Below the pieces are notes generated by a model. It had not been told where the DNA came from and made no database searches. It saw only the letters and a program-made list of their open reading frames with translations. From positions 1-41,592 of the forward strand of contig JAGHAU010000044.1 in assembly GCA_021161345.1 (NCBI GenBank): a stretch of DNA of 41,592 nucleotides, read 5' to 3'. The translations under genes were made by a program, and so were the position numbers. The DNA comes from Anaerolineales bacterium. Lineage in GTDB: Bacteria; Chloroflexota; Anaerolineae; Anaerolineales; UBA11858. Positions 1 to 7,596 of the stretch are shown in pieces (positions within the stretch are counted from its first letter, which is position 1; each line of letters starts with the position of its first letter).

Positions 1-193
1 CCTGGGTATCTGTGGGGATAGAAGAGGTTTCTGTTGTGACTGGCAGGTCCGGGCCGGGAGTAGGATTAGCTGAGCCCTCAACCTGGCATCCTGATAGAAG
101 GGTAACAGCAATCACAAGGGTGGGAATGTATACTGCTAGGGTTCCCGTCCTGGAGCCAACCATACCTGGACCGATCCTGGAAAATCTTTTCAT
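1..193 (-). CDS. Putative lipoprotein, N-terminal part only (runs off the window's 5' edge)
   Basis: My own minus-strand translation from the ATG at 193-191 is MKRFSRIGPGMVGSRTGTLAVYIPTLVIAVTLLSGCQVEGSANPTPG..., open to position 1. It has a signal peptide with an LSGC lipobox. There is no clear SD. It is absent from the ORF track because no stop lies in the window. Confidence 0.4.
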   Translation of the reverse strand, partial: MKRFSRIGPGMVGSRTGTLAVYIPTLVIAVTLLSGCQVEGSANPTPGPDLPVTTETSSIPTDTQ

Positions 194-199
194 GAGTTT

Positions 200-2032
200 T
201 TATGGGTTGGCACTGATATCCAGTTCGTCTATATCGTCCTGGGAATATAGCTGGAGCAAGGCTGTTTGTAAGCTCAGATCCTGGGTAAATGCGAAATATT
301 GGTACCGTGAAGCAGATTCGGAGAATTGCCAGAAGGATTCTGCGGGAAAACGTTTCCAGCCGTAGGCGTCAGCTAATTCTGTGAAATCGATCCAATAACC
401 ATCCTGAACATGCTGGGATCGGGCTCCTCCATTTTCATAATTGGCATTGCTCCCTGAAAATCTAGCATCAAAACTCCAATTAAAATCATAAAGTGGTTTT
501 CCTTGCGTACCCTGTTGATTATTGGCGCGGATATATACCCGCCAATAGGTTTGATCCCTGTATTCTTCTTTCACGAGGACCAACCAGTTTGCCATCCTTG
601 GGACATCATCGACCGTGATTCCTCGACCAGTGAATAACCATTCCTGGCTCACTCCCGGAGTGAGAGGTTGATCGATCGAAACAAAGGCATTATCCAGGGT
701 GCCCAGGAAATCCCATCCTGCGCTATCTCTAATTGCTTGGCGCAGGGAAGAGAATGAGCCGACTGCATCCTGGTTAAATCTCGGGTTGGGCGCAGTCAGA
801 TTTCTCAAATGGATCAGATCTTTGCTTTCTGTAGCCTGTTCAGCTGCAGTTCCTTCAGCAGGATACCAGAGAGGTGTTGGTTGGGGCCCAGGATCCAGAT
901 TGGACTCGTAAATAAACCCATTGGCCGCACTCCAGCTGATCCCCTCTACATGACCAGGCATTTTGACTGCTGGCAGCATGACCTGGAATGACCCTTTAAA
1001 TCCAGGATAGGCCGTGAGGTAAGTCTCATGAGGGCCTTCCAGGACAGTATATAAGATCTCTCCTCCCCCAGACCACAGTGGCCAATCCCCGCTGCCTGTG
1101 ATAATGGGGTCTCTATCGGGATCATGTGAATCCCAGGTTACAAGGGAGTGATTTCCTTCCTCTGTAACTATCGACCATGTCAAATATCTGCCATCGGGTG
1201 ACCAGGCAGGGTGATCAACTGATAACCCCGGAAGATTGGCAACCGGTACGGCTTTATCTACTTCATTGGAATCTAGATCCGCGTACCAGATTTCCTGGTG
1301 GCCGTTCCTGGTGCTGACAAAAACGATCAAACGGCCTTGCTCGGACCAGTTTGGAGAAAAATCAGCTCCCGGATGGTTAGTCAGGGGTATTTCCCCGCTG
1401 GTTCTATTAATGTCCTGGATCAGGATTTCCAAGTTGTTCACACGGTAACTTTCATAGGCCAGCCATTGTCCATCTGGCGACCAGGTTGGGTTTCCATCAT
1501 AGGCATAAGTATCTGTGAATTGCTCGATCTCACCACTATTCAAGTCCAGGATGAATATATCCCATGGACCATTCCTGTTGGATGCAAAGGCTACCAGCGA
1601 ACCATCTGGACTGACAGAAGGGGTGATGTCCATGAATTGCCCGGAGGTGATTCTTGATAAAGGCAGGGCGGCATATCCAATTCCTGACCAATCTTCAAGG
1701 AAAGGTTGATAGGTGAAAAGGTGGACATCCTTTCCTTCCCGGATTGATAGGATCAATGAGCCGAATTGGGATGGAAAAGCCAGCAGGTCTGGATTGACAG
1801 GTTCTGGCTGGTCAGTAGGGATTGGCGCGTTAGTCGCGATGGGCGTGACAGTTTCCGTCGGAGTGGGTTGGAACGCTTCGGCCCGGTTATTTTCAATCTG
1901 AGCCCTCGCGTCTGGATAAAAAATTACCGCTGTGATGACCAGGATAATACCAATCACGATTATTATCAGGTATGAAAGATAACCCGGTCTGGGGCCCTCT
2001 TCCTGGATCTGGTCTGAATTGTTGTCAATCAT
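200..2032 (-). CDS. Membrane-anchored TolB-like (PD40/WD40-like) beta-propeller protein with an uncharacterised C-terminal domain
   Basis: 610-aa ORF. N-terminal TM helix (YLSYLIIIVIGIILVITAVIFY) and a Pro/Thr-rich linker. Repeated PD40-type motifs: SPDGSLVAFASNRNG, SPDGQWLAYES, SPNWSEQGRLIVFVSTRNG, SPDGRYLTWS. Confidence 0.7.
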   Translation of the reverse strand: MIDNNSDQIQEEGPRPGYLSYLIIIVIGIILVITAVIFYPDARAQIENNRAEAFQPTPTETVTPIATNAPIPTDQPEPVNPDLLAFPSQFGSLILSIREGKDVHLFTYQPFLEDWSGIGYAALPLSRITSGQFMDITPSVSPDGSLVAFASNRNGPWDIFILDLNSGEIEQFTDTYAYDGNPTWSPDGQWLAYESYRVNNLEILIQDINRTSGEIPLTNHPGADFSPNWSEQGRLIVFVSTRNGHQEIWYADLDSNEVDKAVPVANLPGLSVDHPAWSPDGRYLTWSIVTEEGNHSLVTWDSHDPDRDPIITGSGDWPLWSGGGEILYTVLEGPHETYLTAYPGFKGSFQVMLPAVKMPGHVEGISWSAANGFIYESNLDPGPQPTPLWYPAEGTAAEQATESKDLIHLRNLTAPNPRFNQDAVGSFSSLRQAIRDSAGWDFLGTLDNAFVSIDQPLTPGVSQEWLFTGRGITVDDVPRMANWLVLVKEEYRDQTYWRVYIRANNQQGTQGKPLYDFNWSFDARFSGSNANYENGGARSQHVQDGYWIDFTELADAYGWKRFPAESFWQFSESASRYQYFAFTQDLSLQTALLQLYSQDDIDELDISANP

Positions 2033-2053
2033 ATAGGAGTCTCATTATAGTAG

Positions 2054-3466
2054 TTAATTGATTCGCAGCCAATTTGGAAAATAACTTTTTAGCTTTCCTT
2101 TTTGAACTTTTCCCCACCCCAGTGGATTTCCGGATACAGTAATGAGAATCCAGGAGCCGGGCGAATAATCTTCTTCGGTGATCCTGATAGGGGATCCACG
2201 CTGATAAGAAGCTAAATCGGTTTCGCCTAACGAAAATTCTATCACTTTTTGGGCATCTTCCTGCTTGATACCTGCTGCAAGTGCAGGGCTGGGGATGAGC
2301 CGATCTGACTGGAAAGTTCCCAACCACCAACCCCAATGGTGAACTTTCAGCCCTTTCAGAGGTGGAGATCCGGTTGGGATCCAATACAGCCGATTCCCGT
2401 ATACAGCCAATCCCCGGCTGCCAGGGGAAATCTCCCTCGTTCGGCTGGTTGCTGCCAGATTGTTTTCAAAGAACTTTTCATAGATTAACATCTGATCCGG
2501 ATTAAGTGGGTTGCCGCTGTACTTTTCCTGGAGATCGGATATATTGTTGGATTCGGTTTTCTTCAATTTGGCGGCAAAATGCCCCTCACCGGATGTGATA
2601 TGGGGCCAGATCCGGATTGATTTTGTCAGATCGGCTGCATCTGAATCGGATAATGGGATCCCGGGGGAAAATCCATTAACGAGAGGGATGGGTTCAAGGG
2701 TGAAATCTGGATTTTTATCGAGAAAGCGCAGGATCGTTCCTTCATTTTCTAACTGGTTGAATGTGCAGGTTGAATAAAGGAGCATCCCCCCCGGGCGTAC
2801 TAATTTCCCGGCAAACCAAAGGATTTCATCCTGGTTTACTGCGAGGCGTTGGCTGAGCTCCGGCGACCATTTTTTCATCTCCCCGGGATGGGTCCGGAAT
2901 GTGCCTTCTCCGGAGCAAGGCGCATCCACCAGCACCCGGTCGAAATATTCTCCAAAATGATCAACCAGCCGTTGAGGTGTTTCGCTGAGGATCGAGACAT
3001 TTCTGGCACCCCATCGTTCAATATTCCGGCCCAAGGCCTGGACGCGATGAGGATTCGGATCATTTGCGATAAGAACCCCCTCACCGCTCATTTTACTGGC
3101 GATCTGGGTTGTTTTCCCTCCCGGGGCGGCACAGAGATCCAGCACTCGTTCACCGGGTTGTGGATCAAGAATTGAAACAGGCACCATGGCTGATGGTTCT
3201 TGAAGATAATACATCCCGGCAGCATGATAAGGATGTTTTCCCAAACCACCTGCCTGAAGTACGATATATCCATTTCTATCCCAGGGCAGGGGGGTAAAAT
3301 CCGCTGCGATTTCCTGTCGGAGGAGGTTGAGTTCTGTTTTATCGGGATTGATCCGCAAACCAGTAAAAAAGGGTGCATCCGCCAGGGCGTGCCAGAATTG
3401 ATCGGCTTCGCCCTTTAATAGTGAATTAACTGTGTTCACAAACTCTGGAGGGAGATTTTTTTTCAC
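2054..3466 (-). CDS. RsmB/RsmF-family (NOL1/NOP2/Sun) rRNA cytosine-C5 methyltransferase
   Basis: 470 aa. SAM-binding motif DLCAAPGGKTTQIA. Catalytic Cys motifs DAPCSGEGTFR and YSTCT. GTG start overlaps the upstream stop (GTGA). Confidence 0.85.
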   Translation of the reverse strand: MKKNLPPEFVNTVNSLLKGEADQFWHALADAPFFTGLRINPDKTELNLLRQEIAADFTPLPWDRNGYIVLQAGGLGKHPYHAAGMYYLQEPSAMVPVSILDPQPGERVLDLCAAPGGKTTQIASKMSGEGVLIANDPNPHRVQALGRNIERWGARNVSILSETPQRLVDHFGEYFDRVLVDAPCSGEGTFRTHPGEMKKWSPELSQRLAVNQDEILWFAGKLVRPGGMLLYSTCTFNQLENEGTILRFLDKNPDFTLEPIPLVNGFSPGIPLSDSDAADLTKSIRIWPHITSGEGHFAAKLKKTESNNISDLQEKYSGNPLNPDQMLIYEKFFENNLAATSRTREISPGSRGLAVYGNRLYWIPTGSPPLKGLKVHHWGWWLGTFQSDRLIPSPALAAGIKQEDAQKVIEFSLGETDLASYQRGSPIRITEEDYSPGSWILITVSGNPLGWGKVQKGKLKSYFPNWLRIN

Positions 3467-3855
3467 TGGAGTGTAAAAGAACAGGATCTGGATTTGATAT
3501 TGGTTTGTTTTAGAGTAACTTTTGGACCATCTTCCGCACCTGTCTCCTCTTCCGCCAGGGAGAAGAGTTCCAGGGTTACTGAATATTCACCTGGTTGGTT
3601 TTTATTTTTCGGGAGATGGAGGGTGATCTCATTTTCCGGATTAAAGATATTGACCATATTGGCAGACACCAGGAGCTGATTGTCCTCATTTGTCAGTGTG
3701 ATCGATGCGTTCGGCGCTGATGCAAAGGATGATAAACGGAATAGAACTTTGATCCGGCGTTTATCCGGGTAGGGTTCTGCGGTAATCTCCAGAATGTCAG
3801 TCTCCTGATCTTCTGGAAGAATTTGATCAGGTTGTATAGATTGATTATCAAACAT
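3463..3855 (-). CDS. Hypothetical small acidic protein, translationally coupled to the methyltransferase gene
   Basis: 130-aa ORF with no motif I recognise. Its stop overlaps the downstream GTG start by 4 nt. It sits just downstream of a terminator, so it would head its own transcription unit. Confidence 0.5.
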   Translation of the reverse strand: MFDNQSIQPDQILPEDQETDILEITAEPYPDKRRIKVLFRLSSFASAPNASITLTNEDNQLLVSANMVNIFNPENEITLHLPKNKNQPGEYSVTLELFSLAEEETGAEDGPKVTLKQTNIKSRSCSFTLQ

Positions 3856-3904
3856 ATCCCAGGCTGCCTTTATTAATGATTATCAGGATAAGTGTACCAT
3901 CCGG

Positions 3905-3943
3905 GAAAAGGAAAAGTCCAGTCGATGAACCGACTGGACTTTT
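3905..3943 (-). terminator. Rho-independent terminator after the DegV gene
   Basis: Perfect 10-bp stem: agtccagtcg (3915-3924) with cgactggact (3931-3940), 6-nt loop. On the minus-strand RNA it is followed by UUUUCCUUUU. Confidence 0.7.
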
Positions 3944-3967
3944 ATGTTATTTAGAATTGGATCCGGA

Positions 3968-4816
3968 TTAATTGTCGTACATATAGGCTAACCCTACAGC
4001 TCCAGGTCCAGTATGTGTGCCAATAACCGGGCTGACTTCCGAGAAGACTTGTTCAACATTAGGGATCCGCTTCACAGCTTCGTCCATTACAAATTGGGCG
4101 GTTTCTGGATCGTTGGCATGCAGCGTGGCTAGGCGGATATTCTTTTTCCCTCTGGTTCTCTCTTCAATTATGTCGATAATAGTTATCAGGGCTTTTTTCT
4201 GGGTTCTGACTGAGTCAAGGGGGATGATCTTCCCACCTTCAATGGCCAGGACCGGTTTTACGTTCAATAAAGTACCCATAAAACGTTTCGCTACCCCAAT
4301 CCTGCCGCCTCTGTGAAGGAATTCAAGGGTATCGAGTACAAAAATGACCCCAGTGCGGTCCCTGGAATCTTCAGCGAGGCGTTTGCATTCATCCAAAGAC
4401 GCACCCTGGTTGGCTGCTCTGGCGGCGGCCAGTACCTGGAAACCGAGAGCCATGGCCAGAGTCTTGGAGTTGATTATTTCGATCTTTGCCTCTGGAAGCA
4501 GTTTTTTAGCTTGGGTGGCAGAAGAGATCGTACCGGAGAGATCCTCCGAGATCAGAACTGCTAAAATATCATAACCTTCCAAGTGGAGTTTTCGGAACAA
4601 GACCTCAAAATCAGCTACAGATGGCTGGGAGGTGCTGGGCATCACTTTGGCTTTCTCCAGCCGGTTATAAAACTCAACCGGGGAGATATCCACACCGTCG
4701 TAGAAATTTTCTTCGCCCCAGATTACGGTCAGGGGAACAACATGGATATGATTTTTCTGGATAATTTCAGTGGGGATGTATTGGGAACTATCAGTTACAA
4801 TGGCAACTTTTGACAT
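3968..4816 (-). CDS. DegV family fatty-acid-binding protein
   Basis: 282 aa. Family-typical N-terminus VAIVTDSSQYIP, then VPL..IWG...Y.DGVDI, and TSQPS. Confidence 0.85.
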   Translation of the reverse strand: MSKVAIVTDSSQYIPTEIIQKNHIHVVPLTVIWGEENFYDGVDISPVEFYNRLEKAKVMPSTSQPSVADFEVLFRKLHLEGYDILAVLISEDLSGTISSATQAKKLLPEAKIEIINSKTLAMALGFQVLAAARAANQGASLDECKRLAEDSRDRTGVIFVLDTLEFLHRGGRIGVAKRFMGTLLNVKPVLAIEGGKIIPLDSVRTQKKALITIIDIIEERTRGKKNIRLATLHANDPETAQFVMDEAVKRIPNVEQVFSEVSPVIGTHTGPGAVGLAYMYDN

Positions 4817-4929
4817 ATAGCCTCTCCTGCGGAATAATGAATAATCTCTCTGAATTACGTAGATTACAACACTCTTCTGAGGGAGAGGTTACGATATACT
4901 TTTTAAGTAATCCAAGCGTTTAATATGAG

Positions 4930-5778
4930 CTAAAGACCGTGCATGAAAGCGATTGCCAGTGTACCCGGACCGACATGAGTGCCGATCACAGGGCTTAATT
5001 CAGTCAGGAATGTTTCGTCTGGCGAGAGGGCATTCTCTGCATCTTTCAACAAAGCCTGGGCTTGCTTGGGGACATTGGAATGGAATACAGCTAGTCGCAG
5101 GGGTTTTTCCCCAGCGCTTTTTTCCTCTACCAGTGAGATTAACCGCCCTAAAGCCCGTTTCTGGGTCCTGACCGATTCAACAGCTTCAATTAATCCGCCA
5201 TTCATCTCCAGGATCGGTTTGATATTCAACATTGACCCCAGGAAGCGTTTTGCACCGCCAATCCTGCCGCCCTTGTGGAGGAATTCGAGGGTATCTACTG
5301 CAAAAATGACATTAGTTTGCTGTTGGGCTTTGAGAGCGATTTCCTTCACTTCTTTCAGGCTGCCGCCTGCCGCAGCTTTCCTGGCAGCTGCCAGCACGTG
5401 AAGTCCGGTGGCCATAGCCGCTGTTTTAGAATCTATCACGATGACCCGGTCTGATCCAATCTCGCTCTTGGCCTGGAGGGCTGAATTAACAGTTCCGGAA
5501 ATACCGGATGAGATCAGGATTGCCACTACATCTTTGCCCTCATTTAGAAGTTCGGAAAAAATACTGACAAACTCTGCTTCGGGTGGTTGTGAAGTGCTAG
5601 GTAGGGAGGAACTCTTTTCCAGTCTGGTATAAAATTGGGTGGGTGTTATATCTACTCCATCCGCATAGGAATCTCCATCCCAAATAACTGCCAGGGGAAT
5701 GACCTTGATGTCAAATTCTGCGATTAACTCTGCCGGCAAATAAGCTGTACTGTCGGTAACAATTGCGACTTTGTTCAT
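4930..5778 (-). CDS. DegV family fatty-acid-binding protein (tandem paralog)
   Basis: 282 aa, collinear with the neighbouring DegV protein. Motifs VAIVTDSTAYLP, TSQPP and LEFLHKGGRIG. Confidence 0.85.
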   Translation of the reverse strand: MNKVAIVTDSTAYLPAELIAEFDIKVIPLAVIWDGDSYADGVDITPTQFYTRLEKSSSLPSTSQPPEAEFVSIFSELLNEGKDVVAILISSGISGTVNSALQAKSEIGSDRVIVIDSKTAAMATGLHVLAAARKAAAGGSLKEVKEIALKAQQQTNVIFAVDTLEFLHKGGRIGGAKRFLGSMLNIKPILEMNGGLIEAVESVRTQKRALGRLISLVEEKSAGEKPLRLAVFHSNVPKQAQALLKDAENALSPDETFLTELSPVIGTHVGPGTLAIAFMHGL

Positions 5779-5833
5779 AAGATTTCCTCCTGATGATCCC
5801 TTCGAGAAGAATTATGATCCCTGGTGTTTACTC

Positions 5834-5865
5834 CCAAAAACGGAATGGGATTTCCCACTCCGTTT
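5834..5865 (-). terminator. Rho-independent terminator after tRNA-Arg
   Basis: Minus-strand RNA folds CGGAGUGGG/CCCAUUCCG (one G-U pair) with a short loop, followed by UUUUU (plus-strand aaaaa at 5836-5840). Confidence 0.6.
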
Positions 5866-5869
5866 ATAG

Positions 5870-5943
5870 CACCCTCGGCGTGACTCGAACACGCGACCCC
5901 TTACTCCGCAAGCAAGTGCTCTAATCCACTGAGCTACGAGGGC
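5870..5943 (-). tRNA. tRNA-Arg (anticodon GCG)
   Basis: Folded by hand into a full cloverleaf:
- acceptor GCCCUCG/CGAGGGU
- D stem GCUC/GAGC with G18 G19 A20
- anticodon stem CUUGC/GUAAG, loop UU-GCG-GA
- T arm GCGUG-UUCGAGU-CACGC
- discriminator G; no encoded CCA. Confidence 0.85.
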
Positions 5944-5959
5944 AAATTGATTGGAGATG

Positions 5960-5988
5960 ATTGTACAACATGGGTTTATAAATGGCAA
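5960..5988 (-). promoter_or_regulatory. Candidate sigma70-type promoter for tRNA-Arg
   Basis: The minus strand reads TTGCCA-N17-TACAAT. The -10 ends 16 nt upstream of tRNA position 1. Confidence 0.5.
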
Positions 5989-6204
5989 TAGCATAAGAGA
6001 ATATGTGGATTAGATGAGGGTTACAGGACAATCATCATCTGTATTTTTTCATAAATTTGCTTTAAGAGGGATCGTTTTTTTTGGATAGGATGAAGGTCAT
6101 ATAATATCCATGAGCTTGTACTTTTCATTCCAGGATAGGTTCTGATATGATTACTTGCGAGAGACGGGATAAGGTTGACTTTATCACTGTTTCCTCCTTT
6201 GGCG

Positions 6205-6248
6205 AAAGCCTCCTCAAGCGGATAACTCTGGTTGAGGAGGCTTTTTCC
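6205..6248 (+). terminator. Orphan intrinsic-terminator-like hairpin (plus-strand orientation favoured)
   Basis: Perfect 13-bp stem: aaagcctcctcaa (6205-6217) with ttgaggaggcttt (6232-6244), 14-nt loop. The plus-strand U tract is CUUUUUCC. No annotated plus-strand gene lies upstream. Confidence 0.45.
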
Positions 6249-6436
6249 ATTCGGTTGTCCAGATGCTGGTATTTCTTAATCCATCTATAATATTTTTGTT
6301 AAACTTATAAAGTATGATATCTCTGGAAGCTATAATATCCGGTAAGGTTTATCGGCAGAGAAACATCTATTAAGAAAGGAAACTTGGAAGGATCATATTA
6401 TATTGATAGCCTTCAATGAATCCAAAAGGAAAAAGC

Positions 6437-7564
6437 ATGATTAAGCGGAATAGGATCGCACTTGTCGTAATTGTCCTGACACTAGTTACCCTTGCGTGTG
6501 TTTTTAATCCCCTGGCGCTCCTGGAAAAGCCTGCAGCTGTAGAGAACGATCAAGTTGTGACAATGATCAGTACAGTCTCCGTAGATGGGGGAGACCTTCC
6601 GGCTCTATATCAAGCCATCAATCCCGGCGTTGTTGCCATCCGGGCATTAACGGAAGAGGGCGGAGGATTGGGCACAGGATTCGTCTGGGACGAACAAGGG
6701 CATATTGTTACGAATTTCCATGTTGTTGAATCTGCGACCGATCTGGAAGTGGATTTCCCTTCAGGTTTTAAGACCAGGGCAGAAGTTTTAGGTACGGATA
6801 ATGATACCGACTTGGCAGTGCTGAAGTTAAATAAACTTCCCCCTGAACTGGTTGTTCTCACATTGGGAAATAATCATGATCTGGCTGTCGGACAGTCGGT
6901 AATTGCTATTGGCAACCCTCAGGGATTAAACGGTACCATGACCCAGGGGATAATTTCTGCACTGGGTAGAACGCTGGATTCTATGCATTTTGCTCCAGGA
7001 GGCGGGGCTTTTGCCACTGGTAATATTATCCAGACCGATGCGGCAATTAATCCGGGCAATTCCGGTGGACCGCTAATCAACCTTAACGGTGAAGTCATCG
7101 GTATCAATTCAGCGATCAGTACAACCAGTATTGATATGAGTGGGCAGCCGGTCAATTCAGGGTTGGGTTTTGCGATATCTATTGATACAGCAAAGAATGT
7201 CATCCCGGATCTCATTGAATTTGGTTCTCACGATACTCCATTTGTTGGGATTCAGGTCCTCAGCGAGGTCAGCTTATTCGTTCAGGAAGAACTGGACCTG
7301 CCGCGATCCACAGGCGTTTACGTTCTGGAAGTAACCCCGGGAAGTCCAGCTGACCGAGCTGGTCTGAGGGGCAAAGATAGCGAAGAAGGTATTCCTCTGG
7401 GTGGGGATTTAATCATCGCCATCGATGACCTGGAAGTGCAAAATTTCGAGGATTTTATGGGGTATCTGCTAACTTATAAAAAACCCGGCGACGAAGTTGT
7501 TATCAGTGCCATCCGGGATGGTAAAGTCTTGGAGTTTGAGGTTAGACTTGGGGAAAGGCCCTGA
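6437..7564 (+). CDS. HtrA/DegP-family trypsin-like serine protease with one PDZ domain
   Basis: Catalytic triad contexts TNFHVV, DLAVLKL and [10 protein letters not shown]-terminal TM/signal anchor and a C-terminal PDZ. The ORF opens at 6416, but the ATG at 6437 has an AAGGA SD 6 nt upstream, so I prefer it as the start. Confidence 0.85.
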   Translation: MIKRNRIALVVIVLTLVTLACVFNPLALLEKPAAVENDQVVTMISTVSVDGGDLPALYQAINPGVVAIRALTEEGGGLGTGFVWDEQGHIVTNFHVVESATDLEVDFPSGFKTRAEVLGTDNDTDLAVLKLNKLPPELVVLTLGNNHDLAVGQSVIAIGNPQGLNGTMTQGIISALGRTLDSMHFAPGGGAFATGNIIQTDAAINPGNSGGPLINLNGEVIGINSAISTTSIDMSGQPVNSGLGFAISIDTAKNVIPDLIEFGSHDTPFVGIQVLSEVSLFVQEELDLPRSTGVYVLEVTPGSPADRAGLRGKDSEEGIPLGGDLIIAIDDLEVQNFEDFMGYLLTYKKPGDEVVISAIRDGKVLEFEVRLGERP

Positions 7565-7596
7565 GGCCGGTCATCCCGCAATTAGATAGCGCTAGG

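Noticed and set aside
12-365. 117-aa plus-strand ORF at the window start
   Set aside because: It lies antisense to two better-supported minus-strand genes (the lipoprotein start at 193 and the 3' end of the TolB-like gene). It has a GTG start, no motif and no SD.
2025-2384. 119-aa minus-strand ORF overlapping the rRNA methyltransferase gene in another frame
   Set aside because: It is a same-strand alternative frame inside a well-supported 470-aa gene, with low-complexity Arg/Ser-rich content.
5812-5994. 60-aa minus-strand ORF
   Set aside because: It fully overlaps the tRNA-Arg gene, its terminator and its promoter, so it is a translation artefact.
6147-6290. 47-codon plus-strand ORF (MITCERRDKVDF...)
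   Set aside because: It reads straight through the terminator-like hairpin. It has no motif and only a weak ribosome-binding site.
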